Shown here one piece after another: positions 25,444-31,674 of a stretch of 31,674 bases of DNA. The position numbers and the translations under genes are program-made. Under the pieces are notes generated by a model that saw only the letters and a list, made by a program, of their open reading frames with translations, searched no databases and had not been told where the DNA came from. This DNA is from Candidatus Latescibacterota bacterium. Its GTDB lineage: Bacteria > Latescibacterota > UBA2968. How positions within the stretch are numbered: position 1 is the first letter of the stretch; the number at the start of each line of letters is the position of its first letter. Where the stretch lies: positions 1 through 31,674 of the forward strand of contig JAYODI010000070.1 in NCBI GenBank assembly GCA_038279365.1, in the 5' to 3' direction.

Positions 25444-26250
25444 CTACCCCCTTCTTTTGGGACCTGTTTGAATAATGATCCAGTTAATAGGGCGAGGAAA
25501 GATACGTGCAAACCATACTGTGAGTTTCATAAAAAATGGGATGATGATTTCGCGTTTGTTTTTGAGAATGCCTTTGACAATGGCCGAGGCAACTTGATTG
25601 GGTGTGAGTGTGGGGTATAAAAGCTTGAAGGTTGCTGCTTTTGGAATGCGATTTTCAGTGTTGGGATTGTTTTCAAAATAGGGTGAGTTTACTTTGCCGG
25701 GTGCAACGAGCATGACGCGAATACCTGTGTTGTGCAAATCGGCCCTAAGTGCTTCACTAAATCCGCGCATGGCCCACCGTGCTGCTGTGTAGGTGGTGGC
25801 ACCTGGCATCGAAAAATAGGCAGAAGCAGAGGTGATGTTGACAATGAATCCCCGTTTTTTTTTAAGCATGTGGGGTAAAAATGCATGGGTGATATTGAAG
25901 GCACCAAAGTAAGGTGTGGCCATCATGTCGATGGCTTCGTTGGGGGGTGTGTCTTCGGTGTGTTTCCATTGGCCTGATCCTGCATTGTTTATGAGGATAT
26001 CTGGTATACCTATTTCTTGGACAATGGTCTGCCCGATTTGGGCAACGATTTGCGCTTGGGTAATGTCTATAGAATAGGCGCTTGCCTGGCCACCTGAGGC
26101 AACGATTTGTTCGGCTATGAGTTGGAGTTTGGTTGTGTTGCGTGCAAGTAGAACAACGTGTGAGCCTGCTTGGGCCAATGCAAAAGATGTTGCTTCTCCA
26201 ATGCCACTGGATGCACCTGTAATGACGGCAATTTGATTTTGTAAGTGCAT
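25444..26250 (-). CDS. Short-chain dehydrogenase/reductase (SDR)
   Basis: TGASSGIG, LINNAG, ITSAS and YTAAR (YxxxK variant); start placed at ATG 26250, next to the upstream stop. Confidence 0.9.
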   Translation of the reverse strand: MHLQNQIAVITGASSGIGEATSFALAQAGSHVVLLARNTTKLQLIAEQIVASGGQASAYSIDITQAQIVAQIGQTIVQEIGIPDILINNAGSGQWKHTEDTPPNEAIDMMATPYFGAFNITHAFLPHMLKKKRGFIVNITSASAYFSMPGATTYTAARWAMRGFSEALRADLHNTGIRVMLVAPGKVNSPYFENNPNTENRIPKAATFKLLYPTLTPNQVASAIVKGILKNKREIIIPFFMKLTVWFARIFPRPINWIIIQTGPKRRG

Positions 26251-26251
26251 G

Positions 26252-29131
26252 TTATGAAATAATTTCTTCAAAAGCACGACGAACCAAGGCACGTTTGTCG
26301 TTTTTAAATTGCTCGGCTTCTGGTGGCATGGGCAAGCCGAGTTTTTGACTGATGCGTGATAAAACAAGCACGAGTTGCCAACGGTAGTTGTCTTGTGTTT
26401 TGCTGGCGGGGCTGTTGTTGGGCGATGGTTCTTTGGGGGTTAGGTTGGTTGTGAGATTGCGCACAGGCAAATCGATAATGTCGGGAATATCGTGTGAGGC
26501 CAGTGCGATGAGCAAGCGGTTGACGGTTTCGCGATCTGAGTGGGTGAGGATGTTGCGATCTACGAGTCGCTCGAGGGTGAGAGACATGCCTGTGCGCACA
26601 TTGAGCGTGAGGTTGCCTTGCCCGATGAAGTCTTGAAAAACGGGCAATGTGTTTTTGGTACCACAGGTGCGTAAAAAAGAAATGGCGGCCATCCAGTTGG
26701 GCACCACGCGGTTAAATTTTTCGGGGGTTTTGGCTTCGTCGGTGTCTTCATAACCGTATTCTTGTGCGCGAATGGCAGTAAGCAATCGGTGTTCGGCGCG
26801 TGTGTCGCCCCATAGGGCGAGAATGCCTGCAGCAAGCCAACTGGTAAGTGGGTTTTGGCTGTTGAGGGCTTTGACAACGTTGTTTTGTACTGTGTCTTGT
26901 GCACGATAGAGATACCAAAGGGTTTGAGAGGGTTTGCCTGCGTGTAAATCGGCCAAACCCGCTTCTATTTGTTCGTGTGAGATATCTGTGTTGTCGGTGA
27001 GTTCGCTCAGGGTGTTGATGCCATCGGTGGGGCCAAAGTCGCGTGTGTCATTCGATTTTTCGAGATCGAGGGCTCCGGTGTCGGCAAGCTTTTGTCGAAG
27101 CTTGGCAAATGGGATATCGCGCGCCCCACTTTGGTGTTGCACACTTAAAGCGGCGGCATCGCCTGCAATTTCTCCAAGGCGTTGGATGTCGCGTTGCATT
27201 CTAAATGAGTGATGGGCATCTTGTGAAACACCTGCAGCACGACAAGCGATCCAAACATTGTCAAGGTCTTTGGGTAAGATCATGCGATATGGAATTTCAC
27301 AGGCGGTTCGGCCCTCTCGCCATTGGCGACACAGCCACACCCAAAAGAGGCCTTCATCGCTTTCAAATTCACAATCGACGGCGTGGTTGTCATAGTGCGC
27401 GCCAGTATAGCCAACCGCATCTGGAAATTTGCGTCGTTCGATGAGATCGGCCAATGTGACGACATAGTCGGTATTGATTTGGCGCGATTGACGCAGGCCA
27501 ATGGCTGGGGCGATATACGTCCAGCGCGATTCGTCGGAATAGGTGTCTTTTAAGTAGTGACAAATGCCCGCGATGCGTGCTCGGGTGAGGTCTTCGGCAT
27601 CTGTGGGGTCTGTGAACCCGGCATCGAAGTTCAGGAGTTCCATGGAGATGTGATTGTCGCGTATGCCCAAGCGACCACCCGATTGGCTGTAAGCGTGAAC
27701 AAGGCCATCGCCTTTGCGCCCAAAGGTGAAAGATGCACCGGCTTGTACGGCAAGGTCACCGTCTCCTGTGGCGTCTATAAAAGCGTGGGCATACAAATGG
27801 GTAAGACCATTGGCCCCTGCTAAGGTGATGTGGGTGACGGTGCGGTCTGTTTGATGAGCGGCACAGACGAGGGTGCCTTTGAGAAAGGTGATGCCCGATT
27901 CGTCGAAGAGGTCTTCGAGGATGAGTTTGCGGGCTTCGGGGTGAAACCCTCGGGTGTGCTTTTTGCCACCAAAAAGGTGCATGATGTCGAGGGTGCGTTG
28001 GTCTGCTTCGGCTTGTAGGCCACCTGGTATGCCATAATAGTACCAGTGAATACCGCCTCCGGCTCCAATGCCCCCTGGGAAATCGTAAGGTTCAATGGTG
28101 GTGACTTGGGCTCCTGAACGCGCCGCGGCAATGGATGCATAGGCCCCACCAGTACCTGCACCAGCAACAAGGACTTCGGTGTGTAAGGTGTTTTGGGGAA
28201 CGGGATTGATTGGGCGGTTGAATATGTTGGCAGGGGGAGTGCATTGGGCCATTTGTTCGAGTTGTGAGGCCATGTCTACGCCAAGCACAAAGCGGTCAGA
28301 TAGCGTTTGAATTGCGCGATTGCACAAAGCAGGTGACGCTGTGAGCACATTTTGAGGTAGATTAATAAGGGGTGTTTTGTTGGCGCCATATTCGGGGCAA
28401 TCTATGAGGCTGCAATGGCTCAGGGCGGTGTTGTTGAGCAGGTTGTTGTTTGTGTCGTAGAAGGCTTGGAGTGCGGGAACGATTTGTTTGCGTGGGTGTT
28501 CGATTTGGCCAGGTAATGTGATGGTGAGCCTGCGTTGGCGTGGCCAAAGCGTGGATGACCATGTCAGGTCGGCGGTTTCGAGTGACAGGTGTTGATCGGT
28601 TTGGTTGGGCCATTCGAGGGCTTGATAGTATGCAAAGAGATGGCGTTTGGATGGGGTGCGGGGTTGGGCTTGGGGGTCGATTTGTCGGATGACTTCACCT
28701 GTTTCGGTGGCATCGATCCATTGTTTGGCAACCAGGCGGTGATAGCCCGATTTGGTGGCCACAATCACGGCTTCGAGCATTGTATCGTTTTGTTCTATGG
28801 CTACGGGTGTGCTGTAATAAAGGAGATCAATATTTTTTTGTGCCAAAAAGTGAGTGGCAATAACTTCGGCCAATGCACCATCTGTTTCTGTTTTTGTGGT
28901 GGCGTTACGCTGTTTGAGCTCGGCCATATAGGCAGACCAAAGTGGGTGATCGGATGCGCCCGTGTGTGGCATATAAGCACGACCACTTTCCCAGAGCAAA
29001 TCTGATTGGCGGCTCACGATGCAAATGGATCTGTTTTGTTCCAATAGGTGCAGTGCTGCACCAAAAGCGGCATAACCCGTACCAAAGATGATGACATCAA
29101 ATGTGCGGGTAAAACAAGATTGGAAGGACAC
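26252..29131 (-). CDS. Large FAD-dependent oxidoreductase with a duplicated FAD_oxidored-type domain
   Basis: DVIIFGTG...WIDATETG and EVLVAGAGTGG...AAARSGA...FIDATGDGDL, IPYR, R.Q...GE.AG.AAAL; GTG 29131 is preceded by AAGGAG. Confidence 0.85.
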   Translation of the reverse strand: MSFQSCFTRTFDVIIFGTGYAAFGAALHLLEQNRSICIVSRQSDLLWESGRAYMPHTGASDHPLWSAYMAELKQRNATTKTETDGALAEVIATHFLAQKNIDLLYYSTPVAIEQNDTMLEAVIVATKSGYHRLVAKQWIDATETGEVIRQIDPQAQPRTPSKRHLFAYYQALEWPNQTDQHLSLETADLTWSSTLWPRQRRLTITLPGQIEHPRKQIVPALQAFYDTNNNLLNNTALSHCSLIDCPEYGANKTPLINLPQNVLTASPALCNRAIQTLSDRFVLGVDMASQLEQMAQCTPPANIFNRPINPVPQNTLHTEVLVAGAGTGGAYASIAAARSGAQVTTIEPYDFPGGIGAGGGIHWYYYGIPGGLQAEADQRTLDIMHLFGGKKHTRGFHPEARKLILEDLFDESGITFLKGTLVCAAHQTDRTVTHITLAGANGLTHLYAHAFIDATGDGDLAVQAGASFTFGRKGDGLVHAYSQSGGRLGIRDNHISMELLNFDAGFTDPTDAEDLTRARIAGICHYLKDTYSDESRWTYIAPAIGLRQSRQINTDYVVTLADLIERRKFPDAVGYTGAHYDNHAVDCEFESDEGLFWVWLCRQWREGRTACEIPYRMILPKDLDNVWIACRAAGVSQDAHHSFRMQRDIQRLGEIAGDAAALSVQHQSGARDIPFAKLRQKLADTGALDLEKSNDTRDFGPTDGINTLSELTDNTDISHEQIEAGLADLHAGKPSQTLWYLYRAQDTVQNNVVKALNSQNPLTSWLAAGILALWGDTRAEHRLLTAIRAQEYGYEDTDEAKTPEKFNRVVPNWMAAISFLRTCGTKNTLPVFQDFIGQGNLTLNVRTGMSLTLERLVDRNILTHSDRETVNRLLIALASHDIPDIIDLPVRNLTTNLTPKEPSPNNSPASKTQDNYRWQLVLVLSRISQKLGLPMPPEAEQFKNDKRALVRRAFEEIIS

Positions 29132-29271
29132 GGTGAGGCTCCTTATGTATTGCGCTTCATGAGATGCAAGGATGGGCTTATGAGGCAACCAATATAATAT
29201 AGCTTAGGTGGGTATTCAAGGAGAGATCGGGTTGGTGGATTGGTTTTTGTGTGTGTTTATGGAAGGGGACA

Positions 29272-30441
29272 ATGATGAGCAAAATGACAAATCGTGAACG
29301 GGCCATGGCGGTGTTAAACTATGAGGAGTATGATCGATTGCCATTGGTGCATTTTGGTTTTTGGAGTGGGCATACGTTACAACAGTGGGCGCGTTTGGGG
29401 TATTTAACCATGGCAGAGGCAGATGCTTGGGCTGATGGCAATGAGGTTGATGCGATGATTACCCAGCGATTGGGTTTTGACTTTAATTGGCAATCGCTGT
29501 TTTCTCCTGCGAACCGGTTGTGGCCGGGTTTTGACACCGAAGTGATTGCCGAGTTGCCCGATGGTACAAAACATGTAAGGAATGGACATGGTGTGGTGGT
29601 GATGCAACGGCCTGAGGCGGGATCTATTCCGGCAGAAATTGACCATCTCTTAAAAGATAGAACATCGTGGAACGCACATTTTAAGCATCGTTATGTGTGG
29701 GATGAACGACGTGTGACGCAAGCTGTTGTGCGGCGAAATGGACACGCATTGCGCTACGATCGTGGCGGATTGGAAATTTTAAAAACAGGCCAGTGGGATA
29801 CGCCTTATGGTTTAAATTGTGGCAGTTTGTTTGGGCAAATTCGCGATGTGTTGGGTTTGGAAAATACGTGTTATTTGCCTGTGGATGATCCTGAATTGAT
29901 GGATGAAATGATTTCTGCTGTGGCCGAATTGTCCTATCAAAATACAAAGTATGTTTTAGAGGCTGGTGCAAAATTTGATTTTCTCCATTTTTGGGAAGAC
30001 ATCAGTTTTCGCAGTGGGCCTTTGGTATCGCCTAAATTTTTTGCTGAAAAAGTGGCACCTTATTATCGGCGTGTTACCGATTTGGGCAAAAAACACGGCA
30101 TTGATATTGTTTCTTTAGACAGTGATGGGTGCATTGATGCATTGGTGCCCATTTGGTTGGAAAATGGCGTAAATACGATGTTTCCAATTGAAGTGGGGGT
30201 TTGGCATGCAAGCATTGAACCGTGGCGGGCACAATATGGAAAAGAAGTGCGCGGTGTGGGTGGGGTGAATAAGAATATCTTTTCAAAAGACCGTGTTGCG
30301 GTAAATATCGAAATTGAACGCATCAAAAAATTGGTTGCGCTGGGTGGTTATTTGCCGTGTATTGATCATCGTATTGCACCCGATGCGGAGTGGGATTTGG
30401 TGCGTTATTATTGTGATCGGATGCGTGACACTTTTGGATAG
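29272..30441 (+). CDS. Uroporphyrinogen decarboxylase (URO-D/CIMS-like) family protein
   Basis: MTNRER......DRLP, WEDI.F..GPLVSP, DSDG, FPIE, GGVNK, GGY.PCIDH; start at 29272 or 29275. Confidence 0.85.
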   Translation: MMSKMTNRERAMAVLNYEEYDRLPLVHFGFWSGHTLQQWARLGYLTMAEADAWADGNEVDAMITQRLGFDFNWQSLFSPANRLWPGFDTEVIAELPDGTKHVRNGHGVVVMQRPEAGSIPAEIDHLLKDRTSWNAHFKHRYVWDERRVTQAVVRRNGHALRYDRGGLEILKTGQWDTPYGLNCGSLFGQIRDVLGLENTCYLPVDDPELMDEMISAVAELSYQNTKYVLEAGAKFDFLHFWEDISFRSGPLVSPKFFAEKVAPYYRRVTDLGKKHGIDIVSLDSDGCIDALVPIWLENGVNTMFPIEVGVWHASIEPWRAQYGKEVRGVGGVNKNIFSKDRVAVNIEIERIKKLVALGGYLPCIDHRIAPDAEWDLVRYYCDRMRDTFG

Positions 30442-30452
30442 GATGACCATCT

Positions 30453-31586
30453 ATGATTGAACGAATTAAAATTACAGATATTAAATTGTTGAATTTGAGG
30501 GTGATTGAAGAAGTGGGTGTGCTGGAACCTGCGTGGAATGTGGGTGGGGAAATGAAGATGCAACGGGGAGGCGGATCGGTGGTGGAGATACATACCGATC
30601 GGGGGGTGACGGGGATTGGGCCAGGTGTGTCGCGAGACTTGTTGCCAACACTAAAACAGCATCTGATTGGACAAGACCCATTTGATACCGAACGTCATTT
30701 GAAGGTGTTGGGGTATTATGCGCGTGGGGCGGGTTATAAAGGCAGTGCGGGTATTGACATTGCCTTGTGGGATGTGATTGGTAAAGTGAGCGGTCAACCA
30801 TTATATAAACTGTGGGGAGGTGGGCGAGATCGCATTCCAGCTTATGCCAGTATGGTGCGGCTTTCGACACCTGAAGAACGTGCAGATTTGGCGGTGCAAT
30901 TGAAGGAACAAGGTTGGCAAGCGATGAAGTTGCGCATTCACCATGAAACCATGGCCGAAGATATTCGCACGGTGGAAATGGTGCGCAATGCAGTGGGTGA
31001 TGATATGGATTTGTTGGTAGATGCCAATCAGGCCCAGTCGGCAACGGGATGGCAACCTGGGGTGTTGTGGGATTATCGGCGGGCATTGGAAACGGCGCGG
31101 GCCTTACAAGATTTGAAGTGTGGATGGTTGGAAGAGCCTCTGCCTCGGTATGCCTTTGATGATTTGGCACGGCTCAATGCCGAAGTGGATATGGCCATTG
31201 CGGGTGGAGAAAACAATCGGGGCCTCCATGAGTTTGTGGAGATGGTGAAAAAAGATGTGTATGATTTGCTTCAACCTGAAGGAATGGTGAATGGTGGCCT
31301 GACCGATTTGCGGAAGATTGGCACATTGGCCGAATTGTTTGGCAAACAAATTGCCCCACACCATGGTGGGCGACAGTTGGGTACGGTGGCGCATGCCCAT
31401 TTGGTGGCGTCGTGGGATCATTCGCCGTATTTGGAATTGTTGCATGACCCACCTGTGGGTGATTATCGCCATGGGTTTTCGGCATTGGTGAATCCATTGG
31501 TGGTGGATGGCGATGGGTGTGTGGCTTTGCCACAAGGTGCGGGGTTGGGTGTGGAGATTGACCGCGACTTGGTGATCGAAGACTGA
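30453..31586 (+). CDS. Mandelate racemase/muconate lactonizing enzyme family (enolase superfamily), possibly an acid-sugar dehydratase
   Basis: GIDIALWD..GK..GQPLY.L.GG, KxR (MKLR), VDAN, WLEEP, GGEN, PH, P.G.GLGVE. Confidence 0.92.
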   Translation: MIERIKITDIKLLNLRVIEEVGVLEPAWNVGGEMKMQRGGGSVVEIHTDRGVTGIGPGVSRDLLPTLKQHLIGQDPFDTERHLKVLGYYARGAGYKGSAGIDIALWDVIGKVSGQPLYKLWGGGRDRIPAYASMVRLSTPEERADLAVQLKEQGWQAMKLRIHHETMAEDIRTVEMVRNAVGDDMDLLVDANQAQSATGWQPGVLWDYRRALETARALQDLKCGWLEEPLPRYAFDDLARLNAEVDMAIAGGENNRGLHEFVEMVKKDVYDLLQPEGMVNGGLTDLRKIGTLAELFGKQIAPHHGGRQLGTVAHAHLVASWDHSPYLELLHDPPVGDYRHGFSALVNPLVVDGDGCVALPQGAGLGVEIDRDLVIED

Positions 31587-31674
31587 TATGATGGTATCGA
31601 CGCGAAGTAGGGCATAGAAAAGTATTGGAGCGTTGGGTGATGGCACTCACGCTCCGTTTTTTTTGAGTATATTA

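Noticed and set aside
29272-30441. hemE supplying heme to the cytochrome cluster
   Set aside because: It lacks the HemE RQAGR motif and resembles the URO-D/CIMS-like paralogues of unknown function.
30481-31170. 229-aa minus-strand ORF and other long antisense or alternate-frame ORFs
   Set aside because: Shadow ORFs of well-supported genes, with no recognisable motifs or RBS.

Overview
Bacterial chromosomal window. The dockerin-like DFxGxGxVDFxD motifs, the FlgD-Ig/T9SS-like C-terminal domain, and the PhyH, URO-D and BNR-4 genes suggest an FCB-group organism such as Ca. Latescibacterota; this is inference only. The left half (about 0.5-14.2 kb, + strand) is a complete-looking, sigma54-controlled extracellular electron transfer (EET) locus. 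It encodes a receiver-less sigma54 activator, a pseudo-receiver, a secreted 2x cohesin-like/dockerin-like protein, and a 9-heme cytochrome fused to dockerin-like, cohesin-like and T9SS/FlgD-type modules. It continues with a beta-barrel porin, a 14-heme periplasmic cytochrome, an 11-heme lipoprotein, a CbcL-like c/b-type quinol oxidoreductase, an ImcH-like NapC/NirT protein and a c554-like tetraheme. I count 56 c-heme motifs in total. Three -24/-12 promoters, each with a shared upstream dyad, punctuate the locus. The middle holds tRNA-Leu(CAA), an nfeD-floA-yqfB-like operon, a PhyH-family dioxygenase, tRNA-Met(CAT) and a hybrid kinase with a FixL-like heme-PAS domain. The right end is a catabolic cluster (BNR-4 protein, mutarotase-like protein, serine hydrolase, SDR, FAD oxidoreductase, URO-D family protein, mandelate racemase family enzyme). 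The most notable item is the apparent coupling of cellulosome-like scaffold modules and a T9SS-type sorting tail to an EET cytochrome. Candidate tandem ECF-sigma sRNAs and short-period inverted repeat arrays are also present. No integrase, transposase or CRISPR array was seen.
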